NCBI GenBank assembly: GCA_047614125.1
Contig: JBLHHI010000003.1
Span: forward strand, 1 to 57,130
Source of the DNA: Bacteroidia bacterium
Lineage (GTDB): Bacteria; Bacteroidota; Bacteroidia; NS11-12g; UBA9320
DNA: 57,130 bases
Direction of reading: 5' to 3'
Shown here: positions 10,299 through 20,515 of the stretch, in pieces
Numbering within the stretch: position 1 is the first letter of the stretch
Layout: each line of letters opens with the position of its first letter
Position numbers and translations under genes: made by a program
Notes under the pieces: model-generated
The model's database searches: none
Seen by the model: the letters and a program-made list of their open reading frames with translations, nothing else
What the model was told of the DNA's origin: nothing

Positions 10299-11037
10299 GA
10301 AGTTAAGTCCTAGGCTCTATGGATTAATAGGAAGGCCTGTGGCGCATTCCTTTTCACCCAGCTACTTTGCCACAAAGTTTGCCAAACTGGGGCTTCCGCA
10401 TCAATACGAAGCGTTTCACTTAAATGAAATTAATCAACTCCCATCCTTGCTTAAAGAACATCCAAACTTGGAGGGCCTCAATGTTACCATACCGTACAAA
10501 ACTACCGTCATACCTTTCTTGGATGGTGTTGATGCACATGCCCAGGCCATAGGTGCTGTTAACACTATAGTATTCAAAGAGAACAAGTTGGTAGGTTACA
10601 ATACAGATTATCTTGGCTTTAAAGAAACCCTTCAAGGCCTTAAACTAAAAAAGGGAAGCAGGGCATTAATCTTAGGCACCGGCGGATCTTCAAAAGCGGT
10701 TGCATACGCCTGCAAGCTCTCCGGTATTGAAACAAGCTACATCTCAACCTCTAATCAAGGCATGCTGAACTATGACGATGTTGACGAGCATCAATTGCGC
10801 GAGCATCAACTCATCATTAATACCACGCCGCTGGGAATGTGGCCAAATACGTCATCAAAACCACGCTTGCCATACCAATTCTTGGATTCGGAAAATGTAC
10901 TGATTGATCTTGTTTACAACCCCAGAGTAACTGAATTTCTACACGAAGGACAAAAAAAGGGTTGTGCGGTTCAAAACGGTTTTTTCATGTTGCAAACTCA
11001 AGCGGAGGCTTCTTGGAAGTTGTGGCAAAATGATTAA
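10285..11037 (+). CDS. aroE: Shikimate dehydrogenase
   Basis: HSFSP, GLNVTIPYK, GAVNTI, YNTDYLGF, LGTGGSSKAV, DLVYNP. Confidence 0.96.
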   Translation: MKPNKKLSPRLYGLIGRPVAHSFSPSYFATKFAKLGLPHQYEAFHLNEINQLPSLLKEHPNLEGLNVTIPYKTTVIPFLDGVDAHAQAIGAVNTIVFKENKLVGYNTDYLGFKETLQGLKLKKGSRALILGTGGSSKAVAYACKLSGIETSYISTSNQGMLNYDDVDEHQLREHQLIINTTPLGMWPNTSSKPRLPYQFLDSENVLIDLVYNPRVTEFLHEGQKKGCAVQNGFFMLQTQAEASWKLWQND

Positions 11038-11094
11038 TATTTCTTAGTAAACCTTGTACTTTGGCTAACTTGCAAGTTGTTTAATACCAACGTG

Positions 11095-12636
11095 ATGCTA
11101 GAGATTATTCGCAATATTCCGTGGTGGGGGTGGATTCTAATTGTTTTAGGACTCATCGCAATTCGAGATGCTTTTTTCAACCGGCATCACGCCGTCAGTC
11201 ACAACTTCCCCTTGATTGGGCATTTTCGCTATCTATTGGAAAAAATAGGGCCGGAATTCCGACAATACCTTGTTGCCAACAACCGCGAGGAGCTTCCATT
11301 TAATCGCAGTGAGCGTGCTTGGATTTATGCCAGTTCCAAGCTTCAAAATAATTATCAAGGCTTTGGAACAGATCAAGACATTCACAGCCATCACTATCAT
11401 TTCATCAAGCCGGATTTATTTCCATTTATCATGCCTCCTGGGCACTTAAATTTATTTGAAAAAGACTTTGTTCCTTGTGCAAAGATTATTGGAGAATATA
11501 ACAACCGCAAAAGACCGTTTCGCCCTCAATCGATCATTAACATCTCAGCGATGAGCTTTGGATCGCTTTCTTCAAAGGCCATTGAGTCTTTGAACAAAGG
11601 AGCACAGAAGGCACATTGCTTTCACAACACCGGTGAAGGTGGGCTTTCGCCGTATCACAGCAATGGAGCAGATGTGGTGTTTCAATTTGGAACTGGATAT
11701 TTTGGAATCCGGAATGATGATGGGAGCTTTTCTTTGGACAAGCTGGAAAAACTTGCCGAAAATAACGCGTTCGTACGTGCCATCGAAATTAAGCTTTCTC
11801 AGGGAGCAAAGCCTGGTAAAGGAGGCGTTTTACCAGCAGCAAAGATTACGAAACAAATTGCCGAAATCCGACATGTACCCATGGGACAAGATATTATATC
11901 TCCGTCATTTCATACGGCATTTTCTGGCGTTGATGGCCTGTTAGACCTTATTGAAGAAATTGCGGAACGGACTGGATTGCCTGTTGGAATTAAATCTGCC
12001 GTTGGTCGTACCGAGTTATGGGAACACATGGCCGATGAGATGGTTAAAAGAGGCACTGGGCCAGATTATATTGCCATCGATGGTGGTGAGGGAGGAACGG
12101 GTGCCGCACCCCCGTCTTTTGCCGACCACGTGTCGCTGCCTTTATTTTACGCTTTTAGTACCGTGTATAAAATATTTCAGAAACGCGGACTCACCCAGCG
12201 TGTAGTGTGGTTTGCTGGTGGAAAAATTGGCTTGCCGGCGGATGCCGCCAAAGCCTTTGCCATGGGCGCTGATGTAATTATGGTAGCCCGTGAGGCAATG
12301 ATGAGCATTGGTTGCATTCAAGCTCAAGTTTGCCACACCAACCGATGCCCATCCGGAGTGGCAACCCAAAACAAATGGTTACAGGCGGGTATTAATATTC
12401 CGCTTAAATCGGATCGATTTGCCAACTATGCCAAAACCTTTCGAAAAGAAATATTAGAATTGGCCATGGCTTCGGGATATGAGCATCCATGCCAATGGAA
12501 AATGACGGATATTGAGCTCAGTATTTCAGATAGTAACTTTAACAAAACGCTTCGAGATAGTTTTGGATATGATAAGGAAGAGGTTGCCTTTATTGGAGCC
12601 CACAATATGAAAAACTGTAAACACTTGGGATCATGA
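11095..12636 (+). CDS. FMN-binding glutamate synthase family protein (stand-alone GltB FMN domain, N-terminal TM)
   Basis: SAMSFGSLS, NTGEGG, EIKLSQGAKPGKGG, IDGGEGGTGAAP, GCIQAQVCHTNRCPSGVATQ (3Fe-4S Cys motif). Confidence 0.93.
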   Translation: MLEIIRNIPWWGWILIVLGLIAIRDAFFNRHHAVSHNFPLIGHFRYLLEKIGPEFRQYLVANNREELPFNRSERAWIYASSKLQNNYQGFGTDQDIHSHHYHFIKPDLFPFIMPPGHLNLFEKDFVPCAKIIGEYNNRKRPFRPQSIINISAMSFGSLSSKAIESLNKGAQKAHCFHNTGEGGLSPYHSNGADVVFQFGTGYFGIRNDDGSFSLDKLEKLAENNAFVRAIEIKLSQGAKPGKGGVLPAAKITKQIAEIRHVPMGQDIISPSFHTAFSGVDGLLDLIEEIAERTGLPVGIKSAVGRTELWEHMADEMVKRGTGPDYIAIDGGEGGTGAAPPSFADHVSLPLFYAFSTVYKIFQKRGLTQRVVWFAGGKIGLPADAAKAFAMGADVIMVAREAMMSIGCIQAQVCHTNRCPSGVATQNKWLQAGINIPLKSDRFANYAKTFRKEILELAMASGYEHPCQWKMTDIELSISDSNFNKTLRDSFGYDKEEVAFIGAHNMKNCKHLGS

Positions 12637-13541
12637 ACGAAACAAAAATTAATTTCACCAGCGTAAGCTCTGCTTACAACAAGGGTTTGCGAATGTCTAT
12701 GATTTGGCCAATAGCGCTTTTTGTGCTCAGCTCTACGGGCCTTGGCTACCTATCCTATCTTGGCTACTTCCCCGTTGATATTACCATTTACTTGTGTTTA
12801 GTCTGTGCCTTGATATTTTATGTCTTGTCCGTTTATCAAACAAGAAAATGGCTTACTTGGATGGTGGTGCATGCGGAAAATCCAAAACCTGTTCTTGAGC
12901 TTGCGCGCACTTCGTTTTTAAGTAAGAAGTGGAAAGAGAAGCTTGCTATGACCGGAAAAGCTTTTAAAGCAGATTTTAAAAATAAATTTGACGCCCGAAT
13001 TGAAGAAGTCCGAAAAGCCTATTTGGCCGATGCGGAAAAGCGATATAAGGTGAACGACGAAATTCATGTTCACAAACGGCTTGGTGCGGTTTTGTGGTAC
13101 ATTTCATTTATTGTTTTGGTGGGTGCCGGCGCTGTGCTCTTGTTCTTTTTGCAGGAAGATATCTTATTAAAAACCATTGCAGCTTCCGTTTTGGTTATTG
13201 GTGTAATTGTACTTTTTTATGGATTGAAGCGACTCTGGATTCGCAGTAAAACCGTGCTGACTGTAAGCAAGAACGGCATCGTGTTGGATGGAAAGTTGTA
13301 CGGTTGGCTGGAGCTGGAAGTAGTGGATGTTATTAAGGATAGCACCCTGATACTGAAACCCTTTCATAAAGAACAGATGGAATTTGATGTGTTGGATTTG
13401 TCGCTTCGACCGGCCTATCTCGATGAGTTGGTGTACTTCTATCATCATCAATACAAGAAGGCAAATGCACCGATAGAAGTTGATCCTCCTGTTGATAGGG
13501 GTACTGAAAATAAAGAGGCAACAGATCCGGATTCGGAATAG
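12633..13541 (+). CDS. Hypothetical membrane protein (~4 TM)
   Basis: ATGA overlap with the previous gene; two pairs of hydrophobic helices; no family recognised. Confidence 0.75.
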   Translation: MNETKINFTSVSSAYNKGLRMSMIWPIALFVLSSTGLGYLSYLGYFPVDITIYLCLVCALIFYVLSVYQTRKWLTWMVVHAENPKPVLELARTSFLSKKWKEKLAMTGKAFKADFKNKFDARIEEVRKAYLADAEKRYKVNDEIHVHKRLGAVLWYISFIVLVGAGAVLLFFLQEDILLKTIAASVLVIGVIVLFYGLKRLWIRSKTVLTVSKNGIVLDGKLYGWLELEVVDVIKDSTLILKPFHKEQMEFDVLDLSLRPAYLDELVYFYHHQYKKANAPIEVDPPVDRGTENKEATDPDSE

Positions 13542-13542
13542 T

Positions 13543-13854
13543 TCAGTCTACCACCCAATCATAAATTTCGCAAGCTTCAACATCCAACCATTCATCGCTT
13601 ATCACAGGAAAGAGGTCAACAATTTTATCCTTTTCGATACGAATATTCGTATTTCCTTCATCAACCGTTGTGCAGCCACTTTCACCCGAATCGATGATGA
13701 GCGCCCGTTCATCGTTAATGTAAACGATGATGCCCTTGCTGCGTGTATTTTCAAAACAAAGATCTGCGGTTGTGCAACTCGTATAGGTAAGTCCGTCGCA
13801 AGAGAAGGTGATTGTAGCCAGGACAAGGCAGGTGACGTAGAATAATCTTTTCAT
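13543..13854 (-). CDS. Small Cys-containing lipoprotein
   Basis: Lipobox TFSC; paralogous to the adjacent interrupted copy. Confidence 0.75.
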   Translation of the reverse strand: MKRLFYVTCLVLATITFSCDGLTYTSCTTADLCFENTRSKGIIVYINDERALIIDSGESGCTTVDEGNTNIRIEKDKIVDLFPVISDEWLDVEACEIYDWVVD

Positions 13855-14008
13855 TCGTAAATCAATTTTAATGTTTGGTTATTGTGCCAAGGCATCAACA
13901 TTATATGCAAGATATAAATAAAAATGTGGAGTGAAAAATTGTAATTCTTAAAAAGATGATTCAGATATTTGGATTGAGAAAGAACTGAGCAAAAAGGAGT
14001 TGAGGTAT

Positions 14009-14317
14009 TTACTCAATAATCCAGTGCAAGGTTTCGCAAGCTTTTACATCAACCCATTCATTACATATAACGGGGAATGGGTGCCCCGTTTTATTAATCT
14101 CAATTCGTACTTTGATGTTTCTGGCTATAACGTCTGTTGAACTTTCCAATTTATGTGTATCCACATCGAGAATGTACAGACCATTCACGAAAACGATCAT
14201 TGCCGAATCACGCGTATTCTCAAAGCAGAGTTCGGTCGTTGAACAGCTTTTAGTATCCTTGCAAGATTAGATAGACTTGGCCAAAAGAAAGCCGATTATG
14301 TATAACAGTCCTTTCAT
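14009..14317 (-). pseudogene. Tandem paralog of 13543-13854 with an in-frame TAA in the signal peptide
   Basis: MKGLLYIIGFLLAKSI*SCKDTKSCSTTELCFENTR...FPVICNEWVDVKACETLHWIIE aligns with MKRLFYV...SC...SCTTADLCFENTR...FPVISDEWLDVEACEIYDWVVD; stop at 14269-14267. Confidence 0.8.
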
Positions 14318-14369
14318 GATTCTGTGCCTTGTTTTATACTGAGGAGATGTTAGACCCTCTAAAACCATC

Positions 14370-15932
14370 TCAATCTTTCTTGCGTTTCAAATCCAAATCC
14401 TGAAAGTCGAAGCTAAAGTCGATGTTGGGAGAAATTCCCTTCATTTCAATGCGTTGAGCCTTTCCATGTTCATCCAACGAAAAAATAGCAAAGGCATCGC
14501 AATCCATGTCGCGATACGTCCATTTAATGGCAAAGGTATTTGCCGTGTAGAAGCTCATTTTGCCGTTAAGCTTTGGACTTCTGATGGACCGAAACCACAA
14601 CTCTTCTTTAACCAAAGAGACTTCTACATCGCCAAACCATTCATCGTTATAGGTACCCACAAAATCTTGTTTAACCAAGTTCCCAGTTTTAGCCTTGGCA
14701 ACCGTTTCCCAAACTTTGTTAACCACCGAGTCGGCGTAACCAGAGCTTTGCTCTATGTAGTTTTTCATCGTCATTACCCAATCTCGGCCATCTACACCAA
14801 TGAGTGCATCCTCAATTTCTCGAGTAATGGATATAAAGCTATAACCTCCTGGATCTGAATTAGTTAGTACTACAACTCCGGCGTTTAATTCCGGAATCAA
14901 TAAAACATGCGATAACATTCCGGGCATTCCGCCGGTGTGCGAAACCGTGGTATATCCATTCTTATCCGTTAACTTCCAACCAAGGCCATACGCGGCATAA
15001 TGCGATCGATATGGATTTGGAGGAGTTGCATCAAAGCTAATGTTGGTATGCGCGGTCCACATTTCATGGTGGTTATTAGAAGAAATGAAAGCGGTACTAT
15101 CCGATAAGAGCCCACCCCGGAGGTGCATCAACATCCAAGAACTTAAATCAGCCACACTCGAATAAATACCACCCGCTGCGCCAATGGCTCTATTCTCATC
15201 GTACGCCGTTATTTGTTTTAGCTTGCCATCTTCCACCTTATGTGCTTCCGCAATGTTTTCTTTGGATTTTAGATCTTGATAAAACGCAGCAGAACGATCC
15301 ATTTTGAGCGGATTCATTATGTGATTTTGAACGTAATCTGCCCAAGACTCACCACTAATTCGATGAATGACTTCACCCGCAACCATGTACAATAAATTAT
15401 CGTAGTCGTACTTGGTTCTAAATGCCGAAGTTGGCGTTTGATATTGAAAACTCTTCACAATATCATCGATGGTATAATCTCCCCCGGATGGGATGAACAT
15501 CAAATCTCCAGCGCCCAAGCCCAAACCACTTCGATGTGTTAAGAGATCTTGAATGTTAAAGTTCTCGGTTACATATGGATCGTACATCTTAAATTCTGGG
15601 ATGTAGTCAATAACCTTGTCCGTCCATTTCAGCTTGCCCTGATCCACCAACAAACCCAAGGACATGGAGGTAAAAGCTTTGGTATTGGAAGCAATGGAAA
15701 ACAAGGTGTTTTCATCCACTTTTTTATTGGTTTCAACCGAAGCCAGTCCGTACCCTTTAGCGTGAATTATTTTTCCATCTTGTATTACTGCGACCGCAAC
15801 GCCGGCCTGCGGCATGAGCGTCATCGATCGTTGCACGATGGAGTCTATGAATGCGCTGTTAACATCCTGACTTTGTGCGCTTTGTACCCTAAATATGAGC
15901 AATGCAGCAAGAATTATTTTGTAAACTTTCAT
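14370..15932 (-). CDS. Serine hydrolase, beta-lactamase/AmpC-like family with C-terminal DUF3471-like domain
   Basis: Signal peptide, SxxK (ASNTK), LLTHRSG, YxN (YDN), HTGG. Confidence 0.9.
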   Translation of the reverse strand: MKVYKIILAALLIFRVQSAQSQDVNSAFIDSIVQRSMTLMPQAGVAVAVIQDGKIIHAKGYGLASVETNKKVDENTLFSIASNTKAFTSMSLGLLVDQGKLKWTDKVIDYIPEFKMYDPYVTENFNIQDLLTHRSGLGLGAGDLMFIPSGGDYTIDDIVKSFQYQTPTSAFRTKYDYDNLLYMVAGEVIHRISGESWADYVQNHIMNPLKMDRSAAFYQDLKSKENIAEAHKVEDGKLKQITAYDENRAIGAAGGIYSSVADLSSWMLMHLRGGLLSDSTAFISSNNHHEMWTAHTNISFDATPPNPYRSHYAAYGLGWKLTDKNGYTTVSHTGGMPGMLSHVLLIPELNAGVVVLTNSDPGGYSFISITREIEDALIGVDGRDWVMTMKNYIEQSSGYADSVVNKVWETVAKAKTGNLVKQDFVGTYNDEWFGDVEVSLVKEELWFRSIRSPKLNGKMSFYTANTFAIKWTYRDMDCDAFAIFSLDEHGKAQRIEMKGISPNIDFSFDFQDLDLKRKKD

Positions 15933-16096
15933 TTAAACAGATGTGAAAGCGAATGTAAGCTTTCTGATCAAATTGAATCCTTGCGTTCAACCAAATGACT
16001 CCAAACTCGTACGGTTCTAAAAGATTAATCGAACTCAGGTTAATAAGGCGGTAATACAACGAGTTTTTAAAAACCCATTCGAAATTTTAAAGAACG

Positions 16097-17962
16097 TTAA
16101 GCGATTCTTTGTGTGCCGTTGAATCCATCCTGTACATTTTCTTTTACCCATAGTAAACACGTTGTAAAATCATCAAAAATGTGTTCGTGGGGAACTAAAT
16201 CCGGAATAAGATCAATGCGTTCGAGCAACAATTGCGGTTGTATTAAGAGATCAACGAACAGAACATTTTTGCCTTTTTTAATCAAATCCGTACAAACATC
16301 TTCAAGGGCATATAAACCTGATTGGTCTATGTAGCGCACCTTGTCCATTCGTATAATAATGGTGGATGCAGTATCTGGAATTTGCTGCATCAACGATTTG
16401 AAATCGCTCGTCGACCCAAAAAACAGTGGGCCATCAATGTGTTTGATAAAAACTTCTTCAATTAGATTGATAGGAAAGTCTGATTCATCCAACCAGGACT
16501 CATCTTTTAGCTCTTTTAATTCGGAGCGTTCAGAAGTTAAATCACCTATTCTTTTCATAAACATCAAAGAGGCTAGAATCAATCCGATACCAACGGCGTA
16601 TACCAAATTCCAAACGGAAGCTAGAACCATTACCACCAACATAATGAGCACTTCCGATCGAGGCATAAATGGGATGGCCTTTAGGCCCTTGTAATCCATC
16701 ACACCAATGCCAACCGTTATCAAGATACCTGCCAAAACAGCGATTGGAATTTTAGAAGCAATCGATCCAAATGCCAGAAGAATAACCAGGAGCAATAGTC
16801 CGGAAAAAATACCTGAAAGGCGGGTCTTTCCTCCAGCATCAATGTTTACAACCGTTCGGATGGTTGCTCCTGCACCGGGCAAACCACCAAAAAGTGCACC
16901 AATGCTGTTTCCAATTCCCTGACCAATGAGTTCTTTGTTCGGTTCGTGCTCCGTTTTGGTCATGTTATCTGCCACTACCGAGGTGAGCAAAGAATCGATG
17001 GCTCCTAAGAGTGCCAGGGTAAGCGCTGTGAAAACATACGGCAAAATATCACCCAAACTAAAGTTTGTAAAAATTCCGAGATGAAGCGTAGGGAAACCAC
17101 TTGGTATTGCTTCAATTGGCCGATAATTTAAGCCAAAGCCCATAGCTATTCCCGACATAACAAAGAGCGCAACTAAGGTGCTGGGTATCCTCGTGGTAAT
17201 TTTCTTAAAGCCATATATAATCACAATGGTTCCTAAGGCCAACATTAGTTCCAACCAGTTAACGTTTTGAAAGGCACGAGGCAGAACTTTGATGGTTCCG
17301 ATTACCCCCGAGGCATCATTGCCCGCCAATGTTTTGGCTTCGTTGTCAACTTGATCGGGAGTTATGTTTTCAGCGCGCTTTATTGTTTCTTTAAAATCTT
17401 CTAGGACTAATATTTCCTCGGCCATTTCCTCCTGAAGAATATCCTCTAAGATAATTTCTTGGGCCTGAGGTTTAAATTTATTGGTGTATTCAGCATCTTC
17501 TTTTGGGTAATATCCAACCGATGTAAGAATTTGAGTTAGTAAAATTATTATGCCGATGGCGGTCATAAAACCCGATACAACCGGATAGGGAATGTATTTG
17601 ATGTACTTTCCAAGGCCTATCAAACCAAGTATGATCTGAAACAAACCAGCTAATAAAAAAATGGTCAGAATTGCTGGTAAGGCCCGCGCAATATCACCGT
17701 TAGAAAGGGCAACTATTTCGGCTATAACCACCATGCTTACTGCGGTCATTGGAGCCGTTGGCCCAGAAATCTGTGTATTGGTTCCTCCAAATATTGCAGC
17801 AAAAAAGCTCACAAAAATTGCTCCATATAAACCGGCACCCGGCCCAAGTCCGGAGCTTACTCCAAAGGCCAAAGCCAACGGTAGCGCAACTATTCCGGCC
17901 GTTATTCCACCAAATAAGTCGCCTTTAAGATTCGAGAAGTCAAAGTTGAATATCTTCTTCAT
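16097..17962 (-). CDS. SulP/SLC26 inorganic anion transporter with STAS domain
   Basis: GDLFGGITAGIVALPLALAFG, QISGPT, GAIDSLLT, NKELIGQGIGN, GPLFFG, IDQSG. Confidence 0.95.
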   Translation of the reverse strand: MKKIFNFDFSNLKGDLFGGITAGIVALPLALAFGVSSGLGPGAGLYGAIFVSFFAAIFGGTNTQISGPTAPMTAVSMVVIAEIVALSNGDIARALPAILTIFLLAGLFQIILGLIGLGKYIKYIPYPVVSGFMTAIGIIILLTQILTSVGYYPKEDAEYTNKFKPQAQEIILEDILQEEMAEEILVLEDFKETIKRAENITPDQVDNEAKTLAGNDASGVIGTIKVLPRAFQNVNWLELMLALGTIVIIYGFKKITTRIPSTLVALFVMSGIAMGFGLNYRPIEAIPSGFPTLHLGIFTNFSLGDILPYVFTALTLALLGAIDSLLTSVVADNMTKTEHEPNKELIGQGIGNSIGALFGGLPGAGATIRTVVNIDAGGKTRLSGIFSGLLLLVILLAFGSIASKIPIAVLAGILITVGIGVMDYKGLKAIPFMPRSEVLIMLVVMVLASVWNLVYAVGIGLILASLMFMKRIGDLTSERSELKELKDESWLDESDFPINLIEEVFIKHIDGPLFFGSTSDFKSLMQQIPDTASTIIIRMDKVRYIDQSGLYALEDVCTDLIKKGKNVLFVDLLIQPQLLLERIDLIPDLVPHEHIFDDFTTCLLWVKENVQDGFNGTQRIA

Positions 17963-18184
17963 TTTTAACAGATTATTGTTATCGACCATACCTTTTACAT
18001 AAAGGTAGAATTGCAGATGAAAAAGAATTGACGTTTTAAATCAAAAACTTAAAACGTTAAGATGATACGTGAAGCCAATCCTTAGTTCAAAAAACATCGA
18101 ATGGGCAATTTACCTAAAAAGATGAGAGTGTTGGGATGTGCACCGGAATAAACGCAACAATCAAAGAGATGGGAACTACCTTTT

Positions 18185-18598
18185 TTAAAGAGCTCTCATC
18201 CGATTGCCTCGCTTGTTGTGTTCAACTTCGGCCAAACCCAAGTGTTCCATCAAAGGGGGTATGTACATTCCAAACCGACCTTTAAAACCATTCTTTAAAC
18301 CGTACCAACCTCCAATGGGATTATCTGCAGATCTACCCCAGTGCTCAACCGTATCGGGCTTGGTTTCTACCTTTTGATCCTTACTTCCCAATTCCATCCA
18401 ATCGCCATGGCTTTTAAGCATGGCATGAAGGTCGTTTAGGCAGCGAATGTCGTAGTGTAATACGGTTGTTTTAACCGTACAAACCAAGATGTCTTTTTTA
18501 TCCTTTTCATCTACGTGCATGGTGTACTCCGAACTTAGAGGCGGAGTTTTTAACGATAGTGGATGCTCTTTTGAACCTATTTTTTCTCTGTAATTCAT
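18185..18598 (-). CDS. Conserved hypothetical protein (DUF6855-like)
   Basis: LKTPP.SSEYTM, WGRS.DNP.GGWYGL, GRFGMYIPPLME.LGLAEVEHN motif set recalled from this family. Confidence 0.75.
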   Translation of the reverse strand: MNYREKIGSKEHPLSLKTPPLSSEYTMHVDEKDKKDILVCTVKTTVLHYDIRCLNDLHAMLKSHGDWMELGSKDQKVETKPDTVEHWGRSADNPIGGWYGLKNGFKGRFGMYIPPLMEHLGLAEVEHNKRGNRMRAL

Positions 18599-18604
18599 AT
18601 TGTT

Positions 18605-19096
18605 TTATTTGGATTCCGCTTCTTTTTTCAAGTCGGCAGTAAACTGTTCAAAGCTTTCATCGAACGATGGAATTTTATTTGCGAAAAGCGGAAACATAAA
18701 GCTTCCAATCTTTTCAGTCATGGTAAACAGAGTTGCGTCTCCTTTTTTCTCCAAGGTATATGTTCTCTTTCCCATGGCATCGCCCCAAACCAGTTTTTCG
18801 TTGTCAACCATCTCTTTCACCTTCAATTTAAAGGTACGCTCAGGATCTAAGGTACTTACAAGTTCTACTTTTTCGCCTACTTCGATGTTTCCTGAAAAAG
18901 AAACGATGGTCGAATTCCATCGTGCAATATCAGTTCCGTTGGTTAGCAAGCCCCATATAACCGAGGCGTCCGCATTAATGGTTTGAGTAATGGTAGTGGT
19001 GCGATTGAAGGTTTTCTTAACTGTTGTTGCAGTTCCGTTTTGAGCCATAACTGTGATGCTTGAAAGGAGGATACAAAGTGTGATGAAGTTTTTCAT
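18605..19096 (-). CDS. SRPBCC (START-like) domain protein with signal peptide
   Basis: INADASVIWGLLT...WNS, C-terminal FEQFTADLKKEAE helix. Confidence 0.85.
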   Translation of the reverse strand: MKNFITLCILLSSITVMAQNGTATTVKKTFNRTTTITQTINADASVIWGLLTNGTDIARWNSTIVSFSGNIEVGEKVELVSTLDPERTFKLKVKEMVDNEKLVWGDAMGKRTYTLEKKGDATLFTMTEKIGSFMFPLFANKIPSFDESFEQFTADLKKEAESK

Positions 19097-19157
19097 TATT
19101 ATAGAATTATAAAGTTTCAAAAAAACGAGTTATGCGCTACAACCCGCTTTACATATG

Positions 19158-19751
19158 TTAATTAATTAAAGTTTTAACCTGTTTGCCGGCTCGTATTCGA
19201 GAAAGACTAACGGGCGATATTTGCAACATAGAGGCAATGTCTTTTAGTGGAGCAACTTGAATAAATCGAGGAAATTGGTATTCAATGTATTTGTAATTTC
19301 GCGTGGCATCGTTGGCCAAGAGGTTGGTAAATACATCTATTAATGTGATGTGTTGGTGTTCGGTTAAATTGTTCCCAAACAAGGCCCAATTTTTTGAGGT
19401 ACCATAAAGATGGAGGAGATTTTGTCTTGAAATCATCATCACCTTTGTTTTTTCGTAAAACTGCAGCGAAAAAATGGATTTTTCTTGATGAACAAAACTC
19501 TTGTATTCGGTAATAAAAATATGTTCTGGCTTCATCCACAAAGTCTGTTCTTCGCCAAGATCATCGACGTAAAAACAACGAGTTATTGAACGTTCTGAAA
19601 AAAACAAGTAGTTGCAAACTCTCCCAGCTTCAGAGATGAGCGCCCCTGCTTCAAAATCTTGAAGTTCGAAAAGCGAAAGTCCAAGTTCAAGCTCTTCTAA
19701 GGTTAAATATGGATTGTGCTTTTGTAATTCGTTGGTTACCAGCGCATTCAT
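19158..19751 (-). CDS. Crp/Fnr family transcriptional regulator; start revised to MNALV
   Basis: cNMP-binding-like core (G.VCNYLFF...RCFY), C-terminal HTH PLKDIASMLQISPVSLSRIR. Confidence 0.9.
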   Translation of the reverse strand: MNALVTNELQKHNPYLTLEELELGLSLFELQDFEAGALISEAGRVCNYLFFSERSITRCFYVDDLGEEQTLWMKPEHIFITEYKSFVHQEKSIFSLQFYEKTKVMMISRQNLLHLYGTSKNWALFGNNLTEHQHITLIDVFTNLLANDATRNYKYIEYQFPRFIQVAPLKDIASMLQISPVSLSRIRAGKQVKTLIN

Positions 19752-19999
19752 TTGGAGACTTTTAAGCTCATGGTTGCAAATATTTTTTTTGCAAGTTAAT
19801 ATAATTGATTTGCCATTCGGTGATTCATATTTACTGGAATTCGACGATTGGCTGCATATTTCAATCGGGTTTTCAAAAATAATAAAATGAATGTGTTTGA
19901 GATTTTTGTTGGATGAAAGGGCTAACATGGCCTAAATTTCTTCAACTTAGGTTATTGGAGCGGATGGGAAATGCAAAGTTTAAATATCTCTGCTCTTCA

Positions 20000-20015
20000 A
20001 CTGACATCAATCATA
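20000..20015 (+). promoter_or_regulatory. Possible Crp/Fnr-type site (TGA-N6-TCA) upstream of the norC-like gene
   Basis: acTGAcatcaaTCAta at 20000-20015, followed by a near -7 box CATATTTG at 20037-20044. Confidence 0.4.
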
Positions 20016-20065
20016 AAAAACAATCCGACTTTCTTTCATATTTGCTCTCGAATTGATCCATACCT

Positions 20066-20515
20066 ATGGCAAAATCATTTTCATTTCTATATGAAAAACG
20101 AGTACTTCTCTTAACCATCGCTGCGGTTTTCACTTGCTTTTACAATGCATCCATTTATACCTCAAAGCCCGCCGTAAAAGCAAGCGTTTTGAGCACAGAA
20201 GCGCTTGCTGGTCAACTAATTTGGCAAGAAAGCAACTGCACGGCTTGTCATCAGTTTTATGGCTTGGGTGGATACCTGGGGCCCGACCTAACCAATGTTG
20301 CTTCTGCCCAGGGCAAAGGAGTACCCTACCTAAAAGCCTTCCTGAACAGCGGAATCAAAAGCATGCCAAAGTATAACTTCAATGAAAATGAAAAGGATCA
20401 ACTTGCAGAATTTTTGAAACATGTAGACCGTACAGGATTCTATCCCAACCCAGCATCAGAAACTATCTGGTTTGGATGGGTGAACCAAATTTATAAAGAA
20501 CCATCTGATGAATAA
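20066..20515 (+). CDS. Membrane-anchored monoheme cytochrome c, NorC-like
   Basis: N-terminal TM, GQLIWQESNCTACH (CxxCH), GYLGPDLTNV, distal Met in SMPKY; resembles cNOR small subunit. Confidence 0.9.
   Translation: MAKSFSFLYEKRVLLLTIAAVFTCFYNASIYTSKPAVKASVLSTEALAGQLIWQESNCTACHQFYGLGGYLGPDLTNVASAQGKGVPYLKAFLNSGIKSMPKYNFNENEKDQLAEFLKHVDRTGFYPNPASETIWFGWVNQIYKEPSDE

Noticed and set aside
14370-15932. True AmpC beta-lactamase / resistance gene
   Set aside because: The 520-aa length with an extra C-terminal domain and HTG rather than KTG fit the broad serine-hydrolase family
14454-17999. Long antisense ORFs in the track (e.g. 14454-14858, 15549-15998, 16341-16694, 17661-18002)
   Set aside because: They are shadows of well-supported genes on the opposite strand, with no protein motifs
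19748-19771. 7-codon uORF (MSLKVSK*) overlapping the Crp start by ATGA
   Set aside because: Such short ORFs arise by chance; no independent support
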